A DNA stretch of 62,523 bases, filler included, from an uncultured bacterium (GTDB taxonomy: Bacteria; DAOPZR01): the NCBI GenBank assembly GCA_964637655.1. It is 5 parts of 5 records of this genome, joined end to end, with 100 filler letters (N's around TTAATTAATTAA, not from the genome) between each part and the next. Parts side by side here need not be neighbours in the genome. Positions count along the whole stretch, not along the records: positions 37,975 to 50,270 come from CAZWUZ010000099.1; positions 50,371 to 62,523 come from CAZWUZ010000100.1; 3 more parts are not named here. One strand, 5' to 3'. The notes under the pieces were generated by a model. It searched no databases. It was not told the DNA's origin and saw only the letters and a program-made list of their open reading frames with translations. This document shows, piece by piece, positions 48,556 through 57,873 of the stretch; position 1 is the stretch's first letter; every line of letters begins with the position of its first letter. The position numbers and the translations under genes were made by a program.

Positions 48556-50270
48556 TCTCGGCAATACGCTGCGCCTGCTGCTCTCGCTGTTGCTGGCTGC
48601 GTCGCTCGTCGCCGCGGCCGCCGGACTGGCCATTGGCTGCTGGCTGCTGGCCGCGGCCGGAGTGACAGGCGCGGCCGCGCTCCTCGTGCTCGTGCTGCCG
48701 CCGCGCCTGCCGCTGCCGCCCGCTCCCCCGCCGCGCTTCACCCTGCCGTCCGTGCCGGAGGCCGACTGGCTGGTCATCACCCGGGGTCCTGACGGTCAGG
48801 CCTGGCATGACGTGCTCTTTGACTGGTGGGGCGGTGCCGGGGACGCGGGGGATTCCCCGGCAGCGGCAGCCGGGCGCCATTTCCAGGCGATCGTCTGCGC
48901 CGATGATGTGCCGCTCGATGCCGCGTCGCTGGCCGCGCTCCGGGGCAGCCTGCGTCCCGGCGGGCGACTCATCCTCGACGCGCCCGCACCGGACGTACTG
49001 CGCGCGCTGGGCCTCGCTGCCGACGGCGGGGAAGCTGCCGCCCTGCAGTTGCGCCTCCCCGAGGGAAGCGTCACGGTGGCCGGGCCGCTGTACCGCCATG
49101 TCTTTGCCGGCAGGCCGGGCGAAACCTTCACCGTTGACCACACTCCGGCGCTGATTTGTCCGGCTGCCGACCTGGCCATCACCGCTTTTTCCTTTGCCCG
49201 CGTGCTGGCACGCTGGGGCGCGGGACGCCCGCCGTCTGCACCTGCGCGGATGCGCGCCGCCCTGCATTCCGGCTTGTCCGTGCTGACTCCGGCTGCCTTT
49301 GCCGCCGCGCCGGAGGCGGATTTCCCCGCGGCCACCTGCCTCATCCGTGCCGCCCACCGGGCGCTGCTGGCGGGAGGGGCGGTCCCGCGGCTCTGGCCGC
49401 TGCCCGACGGCGCGCCGGCCGCGGTCGTCCTGACCCACGACGAAGACATGTACGGTGCGGCCCTGCTGTCGCTGCTCGACTGCGAAGCGCGCCACGGGGC
49501 GGCAAGCACCGTATTCCTGATGGCGGATTCCCCGCTCGCCGATGATCCGCGCCTCGCCGCATATCAGGCACAGGGATTCGCGTTCGGCCTGCATTGGAAC
49601 CGCTACCCGCTGCACGTGGTCAACCGCCGCCCGCACTGGGCCCGGCGCCGCTCACTTGCCGCACAGGTGGCGGCAGTTTCCTCACGCAGCCAGCGCACCC
49701 ACTGGCTGCAGTGGGAACGTGACCATGCGCCGGTGTTTGCCCATCTCGCCGCGCAGGGGATCGGCCTCGATTCAACCTTCGGCCCCGGCTGGGGGCAAAA
49801 GGGTTTCGTCTTTGCCGCCGCGCATCCCTACCATCCGGTCAGTTCTGCCGGGCAGGTCCCCGTCTGGGAACTGCCGTTCCACTGCATGGACCACCAGGGC
49901 GGCAGCGACTTTGCCTGGCAACGTGACCTGGTCGTCCGCAGCCATGCCTGGCAGGGATACGCCGTGCTGCTCAATCATCCGCACTACCTGGCCACTGCTG
50001 ATACCGCCCCGTTCGCCCGCCTGCTGCACACCCTGCGCGGGCGGGGGGAACGGTTCCTGACCTTCACGCAGATACAGGACTGGCTTGAGCGCCGGCAGCA
50101 GGTGCGCCTGGCCTGGACCGTCGATGGCCGGCAGCTGCACGGCACCGTGACCGTCGCGGGGAATGGCCAGCAGTTGTGGCTTCCCGGCCGGCCGCAGGCG
50201 ACGGTCACCTGCAACGGCCGGCCGGCGGCAGCACGCCCCGCGGCCGGAGGCCTGCTGCTGCCGCTGCCGC
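48539..50270 (+). CDS. Membrane-anchored protein with polysaccharide-deacetylase-like (NodB) C-terminal domain (3'-truncated)
   Basis: Two N-terminal TMs; LTHDED, STVF, GLH, RTHWL, DST, ELP, NHP. Confidence 0.6.
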
Positions 50271-50370
50271 NNNNNNNNNNNNNNNNNNNNNNNNNNNNNN
50301 NNNNNNNNNNNNNNTTAATTAATTAANNNNNNNNNNNNNNNNNNNNNNNNNNNNNNNNNNNNNNNNNNNN
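50271..50370. other. Artificial contig linker
   Basis: N44-TTAATTAATTAA-N44. Confidence 0.98.
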
Positions 50371-50645
50371 TGCTGCACGGCCGCAGCGAGCGCACCGGCA
50401 ATGGCAATTTCATGGGTGAACGAGGTGAACGCGACGACCTGCGGCTGCAGCGCCTGCAGGCGGGCGAGCACGGCGTCCTCATCGAGGCGCTCGCGCTTCG
50501 CGTCGATGATACTGCACGCATGCCCCTGCACGCGGCAGTACGCGGCGAGTATGGCGAGTGTTTCGTTCGGGTAGCGCGGCGCATCGTAGTCGCGTTCGAC
50601 GATACGGTGCACCGGCGGATTGACGAAACAGATGCGCTGGCTCAT
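50371..50645 (-). CDS. N-terminus of a cobalamin-binding (radical SAM) protein, truncated
   Basis: ICFVNPP, LAILAAY, IIDA, PQVVAFTS. Confidence 0.75.
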
Positions 50646-50709
50646 GCAGCGATGGTAGCGCATCCCGCCCCGTTTGACAACTGCCACGCAGGATTGCGGA
50701 ACAGCCTTA

Positions 50710-50876
50710 CCCCTCACCCCAGCCCTCTCCCGCAGGGAGAGGGAGGAAATGCAGCAGTTTCGAGCGTACAAAGGTGTTGTTCCTGCGCAACTATTCACTC
50801 TCATCCAACCTTCCCCTCGCAGAGGGGGAAGGCAAACACCCTCTCCCGCCTGCGGCGGGAGAGGGCAGGGTGAGGG
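50710..50876. repeat. Cluster of REP-like CCCTCACCC-CCCTCTCCC-n-GGGAGAGGG elements (two inverted copies and a degenerate middle copy)
   Basis: 50710-50743 forward, about 50800-50832 degenerate, 50839-50876 reverse. Confidence 0.8.
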
Positions 50877-50936
50877 TGGCTGAATGGATACGTTCCTGCG
50901 TTGACAGTGCTGCGGGAGGTGTTATATGGTAGCGCC

Positions 50937-51812
50937 ATGAAGGAATCGCTGCCGCCGCTCGCGCTGCCGTCATCGTTCAACTACGTCGGGGTATTCCTGA
51001 CGTTTGCGTGCAATCTGCATTGCTCATATTGTCTCAATGATTTTGCCGGGAAAACCCCGGCGGTGGCGGCGCTCGATGGCACACACTGGCTGGCGATACT
51101 CAACCGCCTGCAGACACGTCCCGACCTGCCCGTCACCCTGCAGGGGGGGGAGCCGACCGCGCATCCGGATTTCTACAACATACTCGACGGACTGCGAGCT
51201 GACCTGCCGCTCGACCTGCTGACCAACCTGCGCTGCGATATCGATGAGTTCCGTCGGCGGGTTCGGCCAGACCGTTTCCGGCACAACACCCCCTACGCTT
51301 CCATCCGGGTGAGTTTCCACCCCGAACAGAAAAATTACCTGCCGCTGCTGCAGACCGTCGCTGCGCTGCGCCGCGACGGGTATCCGGTCGGCATCTGGGG
51401 CGTACTGCACCCCGACTATCGCGAGCGGGTGCTGGCCGCGCAGCAGGAGGCGCAGGCGCTCGGCATCGATTTCCGCACCAAGGATTTTCTTGGCCATCAC
51501 GACGGGAAACTGTACGGCACCTACGCGTATCCCGATGCGGTCGGCAGCACGATGACGCGCACAGTGCAGTGCCGCCCGAGCGAACTGCTCATCGCTCCCG
51601 ACGGGAAGATATACCGTTGCCATCGCGACCTGTACGCCGGCGAGGGGGCGGTGGGTGATGCCGCCGACCCGGCCTGCCGTATCAGCGACGCGATGCGCCC
51701 TTGCACCTGCTACGGCCAGTGTCATCCCTGCGACCTGAAGGTGAAAAACAACCGCTACCAGCAGTTTGGCCATACCTCGGTGGCCATCGAGTTCACGGGC
51801 GACGGCAGGTAG
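50937..51812 (+). CDS. Radical SAM protein with SPASM/twitch-like domain
   Basis: CNLHCSYC, GGEPT, C...DG.IYRC...C..YGQCHPCD. Confidence 0.87.
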   Translation: MKESLPPLALPSSFNYVGVFLTFACNLHCSYCLNDFAGKTPAVAALDGTHWLAILNRLQTRPDLPVTLQGGEPTAHPDFYNILDGLRADLPLDLLTNLRCDIDEFRRRVRPDRFRHNTPYASIRVSFHPEQKNYLPLLQTVAALRRDGYPVGIWGVLHPDYRERVLAAQQEAQALGIDFRTKDFLGHHDGKLYGTYAYPDAVGSTMTRTVQCRPSELLIAPDGKIYRCHRDLYAGEGAVGDAADPACRISDAMRPCTCYGQCHPCDLKVKNNRYQQFGHTSVAIEFTGDGR

Positions 51813-51830
51813 TTTCGTGCCGCCCGCCGC

Positions 51831-52670
51831 ATGACCCGCATCCGCATCGGTACTTCCGGCTATGCATTCCCCGACTGGAAGGGAACCGTTTACCCGGCCA
51901 AGCTCCCCGCGTCGCGCTACCTCGATTACTACGCCCGCGACCTCGGGTTCGACTGCGTCGAAATCAACGCCACCTACTACCGCCCGCTGCATGAACGCGA
52001 TTATGCGGGGATGGCAGCGGCTGTGCCCGCGGATTTCCGTTTCGCGGTCAAAGGCAACCGCGTCTTCACGCATGACCTGTTCGATCCGCGCCTGCCGCAG
52101 CGCCCGACTCCCGACGAGGCGCTGCGCGCTGCCCGCGATTTTGCGCAGACCTTGCAGCCGCTGCGTGAGGCGGGAAAACTGGCGGCGGTGCTGCTGCAGT
52201 TCCCGGTGATGTTCACCCCGCGCCCGGGGGCGTTCGACTGGCTGCTGCGTTTGCACGAGGCGTTTCGCGGCGACCGGGTGGTGATCGAATTCCGTCACGG
52301 CGACTGGCTGACCGAGTCGACCTTCGCCATGCTGCAGCAGCGCGACCTCGGGTACTGCGTGGTGGACGAACCGCAGCTGCCGCGCCTGCTCCCGCTCATG
52401 CCGCGCGTGACGGCCGCGCCCGCCTACATGCGCCTGCACGGGCGCAACCCGCAGTGGTTCAATGCCGCGCGCGAATTGCGCTATGACTACCTCTACAGTG
52501 CGGCGGAGCTGCAGTCGCTGCAACCGGCGATCGAAGGACTCGCTGCGGGCGCGGATGAAGTGTATGTGTTCTTCAACAACTGCCACCTGGGGAAGGCGGC
52601 GCGCAACGCGCGCGACCTGCAGGATCTGCGCGGGATCGTGCGCCCTGCGGCTACGTTGTTTCAGGCATAG
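51831..52670 (+). CDS. DUF72 (YecE-like) protein
   Basis: IGTSGY, W.G..YP, VEINATYY, LLQFP, IEFRH, Y.RLHGR, YDYLYS, FFNN. Confidence 0.9.
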   Translation: MTRIRIGTSGYAFPDWKGTVYPAKLPASRYLDYYARDLGFDCVEINATYYRPLHERDYAGMAAAVPADFRFAVKGNRVFTHDLFDPRLPQRPTPDEALRAARDFAQTLQPLREAGKLAAVLLQFPVMFTPRPGAFDWLLRLHEAFRGDRVVIEFRHGDWLTESTFAMLQQRDLGYCVVDEPQLPRLLPLMPRVTAAPAYMRLHGRNPQWFNAARELRYDYLYSAAELQSLQPAIEGLAAGADEVYVFFNNCHLGKAARNARDLQDLRGIVRPAATLFQA

Positions 52671-52679
52671 GAGGCGGCA

Positions 52680-52904
52680 ATGATTCAGGAACATGAACGT
52701 ATTGTTTTGACCAGTGATCCGGGGGAAAACGGGCTGGCTGCCGGTGATGTCGGGACCGTGGTGTACATTCATCGCGGCGGTGAAGCCTACGAAGTCGAGT
52801 TCATCTCGCTGCAGGGGGAGACGGTCGCCGTGCTGACCCTTACTGCCGCCCAGGTGCGGCCTGTCGCGCAGCGGGAGATCCCGCACGCGCGTCTGATTGC
52901 CTGA
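52680..52904 (+). CDS. DUF4926-like small protein
   Basis: GL.AGDVGTVV..H...AYEVEF; AGGAGG RBS. Confidence 0.8.
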   Translation: MIQEHERIVLTSDPGENGLAAGDVGTVVYIHRGGEAYEVEFISLQGETVAVLTLTAAQVRPVAQREIPHARLIA

Positions 52905-52920
52905 ACACCACGACAACGGC

Positions 52921-53046
52921 ACGACTGGATCTCCGATTACACAATTCGGAGATGACGGACGAGGAAAATCGAAATTCAGACGACACAATGCGGAGATGAC
53001 GGGTCGGTACGACGGGATCCCCGATGCCGGAATACGGGGACGACGG
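52921..53046 (+). repeat. Three degenerate tandem repeats with 44-bp period
   Basis: Unit ends ACACAATTCGGAGATGACGG (52939-58), ACACAATGCGGAGATGACGG (52983-53002), CCGGAATACGGGGACGACGG (53027-46). Confidence 0.65.
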
Positions 53047-53055
53047 CTGAACCAG

Positions 53056-53469
53056 CTACCCGGCGAACTGGCTGTCGGCGCAGGTGCGGGGTTCGCCATG
53101 CGCGGCAGGAAATTCCACCTCGAGCGCGTGGGCGACCAGCCAGTCCTCGAGGCAGACGCGATCATCATCCACAAGATTGATGAATGCAATCCCGTAGCGC
53201 AGCTCCCCCGGCTTTTCCCCGGCGTGCACGCTGCAGACCACGGCATCGACTTCGATATCGCGGTCGGGAAGCGCGATACGCAGGTGCAACGTCGTGTCGC
53301 GGGTGAGCTTGACCCCGAACAGTCCGAGTGAGCCGCCGCAGAGCAACCCCGGACTGTCACCGTCGGGGATGCCGATATCGTGGATGATGCCGTTGACATA
53401 ACGGGGGGGATCGGGGAGCAGGCAGCGGGCGGAGAAGAGGGTACTCAGCCGGAAGGTCTTGCGTGCCAT
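53056..53469 (-). CDS. PilZ-like domain protein
   Basis: GGAGG RBS; RKTFR (RxxxR), G...DI, YGIAF..L...DR..L. Confidence 0.55.
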   Translation of the reverse strand: MARKTFRLSTLFSARCLLPDPPRYVNGIIHDIGIPDGDSPGLLCGGSLGLFGVKLTRDTTLHLRIALPDRDIEVDAVVCSVHAGEKPGELRYGIAFINLVDDDRVCLEDWLVAHALEVEFPAAHGEPRTCADSQFAG

Positions 53470-53506
53470 GGCACACCTCCGCACAGCGTCGTGCGCTGCT
53501 ACTCAC

Positions 53507-53570
53507 AGTATACCGCGCTCTGATTTCCTGTCAAGGGAAATTTGCCGAACGCAGACAAAGAGCGTATACT
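53507..53570. promoter_or_regulatory. Back-to-back sigma70 promoters
   Basis: Minus strand: TTGACA-N16-TATACT (53534-53507); plus strand: TTGCCG-N17-TATACT (53542-53570), 6 nt before ATG 53577. Confidence 0.6.
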
Positions 53571-53576
53571 CCATCC

Positions 53577-54971
53577 ATGAAAAAGACGAAACTGGCGGTA
53601 ATCGGGCTCGACTGCGCCACCCCGCAACTGCTCTTCGACGCGTTCCGGGTGGAACTCCCCAACCTCTCGCGCCTCATGGAGAAGGGACGCTGGGGGAAAC
53701 TGCGCAGCTGCGATCCGCCCATCACTGTCCCGGCCTGGATGTGCATGTTCACGGGGAGCGATCCGGGCAAACTCGGCATTTACGGGTTCCGCAACTACCG
53801 CGATTACGCTTACGAGAAGATGACCTTTGCCACCACGCTGGCGGTGAAACAGCCAGCGGCCTGGGACATCCTTGGCGAACATGGCCTGCAGAGCATTGTG
53901 CTTGGGGTGCCCCCGTCGTACCCGGTGCCGCCGCTCAGCGGGGTGCGCGTCGGCTGCTGGCTGACCCCCGATACCTCCTGCGAGTATACCTGGCCGCGCG
54001 AACTGAAACAGGAAATCGCTGCGACCATCAGCAATTATCAGTTCGACGTGCGCGATTTCCGCACGGAGGACAAGGAGTACCTCAAGCGGCAGGTGTGGGA
54101 GATGACGGAGCAGCATTTTACGCTGGCCCGCCACCTCGTCACCACCCGCGACTGGGACTTTTTTGCCATGGTCGAAATCGGGCTGGACCGCCTGCATCAC
54201 GGTTTCTGGAAATTCAGCGACCCGCAGCACCGCAAGTATCAGCCCGACTCTCCCTATGCTGATGTCATCCGCGAGTATTACCGCCTGCTCGATGCGCGGG
54301 TGGGTGAACTGCTGGCGGTGATGCCGCCCGACACAACCGTGCTCGTCGTCTCCGACCACGGGGCGCAGCACATGGATGGCGGCTTCCGCATCAACGAGTG
54401 GCTGCGGCAGGAAGGGTTTTTGAGGTTGAAGGCGGAGCCCGGGCGGGCGTGCCCTTTGGAACCGGCAATGGTTGACTGGAGTGCGACCCGCTGCTGGGGC
54501 GAAGGCGGCTACTACAGCCGCATCATGTTCAATGTCGCGGGGCGCTCACCGCAGGGCGTCATTCCCGCGGATGGCGTCGCGGCGTTTCGCGCGGAACTGA
54601 CGGGAAAACTGGAGACGCTCTGCGACGACCGCGGGGCTCCGATGCGCAATCGCGTGCTCGTTCCGGCGGAAATCTATCCTGTATGCAACGGCATTGCGCC
54701 CGACCTGATGGTCTATTTCGGCGACCTGCGCTGGCGCTCGGTCGGCACGGTCGGCGGCGACGCGGGCATCTACGTGCAGGACAACGACACGGGCCCCGAC
54801 GACGCCAACCATGACCATTACGGCATCGGCATCGCCTGCGGCCCGGATGTGACGCCGGGCGGTCAGCAGCAGGGGTGGGAACTGTACGATGTCGGGACGA
54901 CTGTGCTCGCCCATTTCGGCATCGCGCCCCCTGCGGGCTGGCGCGGCCGCGACCTGCGTGGAGAAAATTGA
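53577..54971 (+). CDS. Alkaline-phosphatase-superfamily phosphodiesterase/nucleotide pyrophosphatase
   Basis: VIGLDC, PPITVPAW (catalytic Thr), DRLHH, VSDHG, DDANH. Confidence 0.88.
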   Translation: MKKTKLAVIGLDCATPQLLFDAFRVELPNLSRLMEKGRWGKLRSCDPPITVPAWMCMFTGSDPGKLGIYGFRNYRDYAYEKMTFATTLAVKQPAAWDILGEHGLQSIVLGVPPSYPVPPLSGVRVGCWLTPDTSCEYTWPRELKQEIAATISNYQFDVRDFRTEDKEYLKRQVWEMTEQHFTLARHLVTTRDWDFFAMVEIGLDRLHHGFWKFSDPQHRKYQPDSPYADVIREYYRLLDARVGELLAVMPPDTTVLVVSDHGAQHMDGGFRINEWLRQEGFLRLKAEPGRACPLEPAMVDWSATRCWGEGGYYSRIMFNVAGRSPQGVIPADGVAAFRAELTGKLETLCDDRGAPMRNRVLVPAEIYPVCNGIAPDLMVYFGDLRWRSVGTVGGDAGIYVQDNDTGPDDANHDHYGIGIACGPDVTPGGQQQGWELYDVGTTVLAHFGIAPPAGWRGRDLRGEN

Positions 54972-55006
54972 CAGGCGACGGGAATAATTGTACAATAGTA
55001 TGTACA
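54968..55006 (+). promoter_or_regulatory. TA operon promoter with tandem TGTACA operator palindromes
   Basis: TTGACA-N17-TACAAT; TGTACA at 54989-94 and 55001-06. Confidence 0.8.
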
Positions 55007-55020
55007 AAATGAGGTGCTCT

Positions 55021-55257
55021 ATGAAAACAGCCAATACCTCTGAGTTCAGACGCCGGGCCAGGTATTATCTCGAAGCTGTCGGTCGTGGTGAAACGGTGCG
55101 CATCACCCGGCATGGGCGCCCTCTGGCTGATGTGGTTCCGGCTGCTGCGCAGGATAACAAGCTGCCGGCGTGGAAAAAGCCAGCATTATGCCTCGCGGTT
55201 CGCGGGGTTTCGCTGAGCGGCGCCATTATCGCCGAGCGGCGCCGGGCACCACGGTGA
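55021..55257 (+). CDS. Phd/YefM-family antitoxin
   Basis: SEFR....YLEAV..GETVRITRHGRP.A.VVP; GAGG RBS. Confidence 0.88.
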   Translation: MKTANTSEFRRRARYYLEAVGRGETVRITRHGRPLADVVPAAAQDNKLPAWKKPALCLAVRGVSLSGAIIAERRRAPR

Positions 55258-55676
55258 AGTGCTATTTCGACACTTCGGCTATTGCCAAGCGTTATCTGGC
55301 GGAGCCCGGCAGCGGGGCAATCAACGAAATCTGTGCCATGGCTGACGCGCTCGGTATAAGTGCGCTGGCAATCCCGGAACTTGCTTCGGGAGTGCACCGG
55401 CGGGTACGGGAGAAGAAATTGTCAGTGCAGGAGTACCGGCATATCATGCGGCGCTTCCAGCAGGAGGCTGCTGACATGACTGTGCTGCACGTGACGGAAC
55501 ACATACTGCTGACGGCAGTACGGGTGATCGAACAAAGTCCGGTGCGCACACTTGATGCGCTGCACGTGGCAACAGCAGCTGTGTGGGGGGCAAACCTGTT
55601 CGTCACCGGTGACCGTCGGCAATTGGCTGCTGCGTCCGCGGCCGGATTGGCGACGCGATATGCCGGCGGTAGATAA
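55254..55676 (+). CDS. vapC: VapC PIN-domain toxin
   Basis: YFDTSA..K.Y..E.GS, E..S, RTLDALH.A.A, FVT.D..LA; GTGA overlap with the antitoxin. Confidence 0.88.
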   Translation: MKCYFDTSAIAKRYLAEPGSGAINEICAMADALGISALAIPELASGVHRRVREKKLSVQEYRHIMRRFQQEAADMTVLHVTEHILLTAVRVIEQSPVRTLDALHVATAAVWGANLFVTGDRRQLAAASAAGLATRYAGGR

Positions 55677-55685
55677 GAACAGGAG

Positions 55686-56288
55686 ATGTACGTGAGCGAG
55701 GGATTCGTTGTCTGGCTGACGGGGCTGTCGGGGACGGGGAAGAGCACGCTGGCGCAGGAACTGGCGCGGCTGCTCCCCGCGCAGGGAGTGACGCGGGTGG
55801 AAATCCTCGATGGCGACGAAATGCGGAAAACCATCTGCGCGGGGCTGGGGTTCTCTCGCGCCGACCGTGATGAGAATATCCGGCGGGTCGGCCATGTCGC
55901 TCAGCTGCTGGAGAAGCACGGGGTGGCGGTCATCGTCGCGGCCATCTCACCCTATCGCGACACGCGCGCGGCGGTGCAAAGAACGCTGCGGCGCTGTCTC
56001 GAGGTGCAGTGCACCGCGCCGCTCGACGTGCTGCAGCAGCGCGATGTCAAAGGACTCTACGCGCAGGCAGCGGCGGGCGCGGTGACCAATCTGACGGGGG
56101 TTTCCGACCCCTACGAACCTGCGGTCAGCCCGGCAGTGATTGCCGACAGCGGTGCGGAAAATGTGGCGCAGAGCGCGGCGAAGGTACTGGCGGAACTGCG
56201 CCAGCGCGGCTGGCTGGGTGGCGGTGGCTACACGGACGCGGAAGAAGAACAGGTGCGGCAGCGCCTCAGCGACCTCGGCTATCTCTGA
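55686..56288 (+). CDS. cysC: Adenylyl-sulfate kinase
   Basis: [45 protein letters not shown]. Confidence 0.93.
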   Translation: MYVSEGFVVWLTGLSGTGKSTLAQELARLLPAQGVTRVEILDGDEMRKTICAGLGFSRADRDENIRRVGHVAQLLEKHGVAVIVAAISPYRDTRAAVQRTLRRCLEVQCTAPLDVLQQRDVKGLYAQAAAGAVTNLTGVSDPYEPAVSPAVIADSGAENVAQSAAKVLAELRQRGWLGGGGYTDAEEEQVRQRLSDLGYL

Positions 56289-56315
56289 ATTTGTTGTCCT
56301 GGTCGCACGGCACGA

Positions 56316-56349
56316 CCCCTCACCCCTGCCCTCTCCCGAAGGGAGAGGG
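56316..56349 (+). repeat. REP-like element
   Basis: CCCCTCACCCCTGCCCTCTCCCGAAGGGAGAGGG, near-identical to 50710-50743. Confidence 0.8.
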
Positions 56350-56422
56350 GGAGAGTAAAAACGGCCTGCCGCACACCTGCGATTGACGTCCGGCGCGGCG
56401 GCATGGTACATATCTCATCACT

Positions 56423-57826
56423 ATGACAGTGAAGAGCATGGCGGCGGGGACGCGCAAAAAAATCGTCCTCATCAAGCCGTATAACCTCAGTGACCACATC
56501 CAGCCCTCCATCGGGCTGGGGATGCTTGCCACTGCGGTGCGAGACGCGCACGACGTGGTGATTGTCGACGGCATACGCGACCGGCTCATGCCCGAACAGA
56601 TGGGCGAGGTTATCGCGCGCTATCAGCCCGATGTTATCGGCTGGCAGCTTTACACCTTCGACCTGCAGGTGGTGCGTGCCGCCATCCACGAGACGAAGAA
56701 GATCAACCCGGCGATTGTCACCCTTGTCGGCGGCCCGCACCCCTCGACCATCCCCGAAGAGACGCTCACCTTCATCGGCCCGGAACTCGACTTCGCGTTT
56801 GCAGGTGAGGCGGAGACGGGACTGCGGAAATTCCTTGATGGCGTCCCGGCCGCGGACGTGCCCGGGCTCATCTGGCGCGATGGCGACAGCGTGCGGGTCA
56901 ACGAGCGCGTGTTTGTCGAGGACCTCGATGCGCTCGGACGCCCCGCCTGGGATCTGATCAAACCGGAGACCTACCCCGAAGCGCAGCACGGGGCGTTTTT
57001 CGAGAAGTTTCCCATCGCCCCCATCATGGTGACCCGCGGCTGCCCGTTCCACTGCACCTTCTGCTCGGGCTACCTCGTTTCGGGGCATAAGGTGCGCTTC
57101 CGCAGCGTAGCGCATGTGCTCGATGAGATCCAGTACCTCTACCATGAGCGCGGCATCCGCGAATTCCATATCGTTGACGACAATTTCACCATCCGCAAAA
57201 CGTATGTCATGGAGTTCCTGCGCGGTCTCAAGGCACTCAACCTCGACCTGTCGTGGGCGACACCCAACGGTGTGCGCATGGATACGCTCGACGACGAGAT
57301 GCTCGCGCTGATGAAAGAAACAGGCCTGTACCTCATCTCGCTGGGAATCGAGTCGGGGAGCGACCGCATCCTCGAACTGATGCGCAAGTCGCTGACCGTG
57401 GCGAAAACGCGCGAGGCGGTGGCGATGATCCACCGGCACGGCATTGCCATCGCCGGCTTCTTCATCCTCGGCTTCCCGGGGGAGACGCGGGAGGACATGG
57501 AAGCGACGGTCAAACTGTCGCTGGAACTCCCGCTGGTGCGCGCCAACTATTTCACCTATCTCCCCTTCCCCGGGACGGAAAGCTACCGCCTGCTGGAGGA
57601 GTCGGGCGAACTGGCCGCGGTCGACTGGCAGCGGTTCTTTTTCATGAATGCCGCCTATACGCCGCAGGGCTTCACTCGTGACGAAATCAAGAACATCCAG
57701 CGCAGCGCGTTTATGCGTTTCTACCTGCGCCCGACTATTTTTGTCCGCAATGTCATGGGCATCAAATCGTTGCGGCATTTCGGGTTTCTGCTCAAGCGGT
57801 TCTGGCACTGGGTGGTCATGAAATAG
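56423..57826 (+). CDS. Cobalamin-dependent radical SAM protein (class B methyltransferase-like)
   Basis: P.IGLG.LA, GGPHPS, GEAE, RGCPFHCTFC, DDNFT, GIESG, FILGFPGET. Confidence 0.9.
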   Translation: MTVKSMAAGTRKKIVLIKPYNLSDHIQPSIGLGMLATAVRDAHDVVIVDGIRDRLMPEQMGEVIARYQPDVIGWQLYTFDLQVVRAAIHETKKINPAIVTLVGGPHPSTIPEETLTFIGPELDFAFAGEAETGLRKFLDGVPAADVPGLIWRDGDSVRVNERVFVEDLDALGRPAWDLIKPETYPEAQHGAFFEKFPIAPIMVTRGCPFHCTFCSGYLVSGHKVRFRSVAHVLDEIQYLYHERGIREFHIVDDNFTIRKTYVMEFLRGLKALNLDLSWATPNGVRMDTLDDEMLALMKETGLYLISLGIESGSDRILELMRKSLTVAKTREAVAMIHRHGIAIAGFFILGFPGETREDMEATVKLSLELPLVRANYFTYLPFPGTESYRLLEESGELAAVDWQRFFFMNAAYTPQGFTRDEIKNIQRSAFMRFYLRPTIFVRNVMGIKSLRHFGFLLKRFWHWVVMK

Positions 57827-57873
57827 ACGGCGGCGATGACCGCCGCACACCATACGCAACGGAGGGATGAGCG

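Noticed and set aside
12621-50370. Repeated TTAATTAATTAA flanked by N runs, and ORFs ending in X...LIN
   Set aside because: Artificial concatenation linkers; contigs are ordered by length, so cross-linker neighbourhoods mean nothing
52921-53046. Possible mini-CRISPR array
   Set aside because: Only three degenerate units, similarity extends through the would-be spacers, and no cas genes
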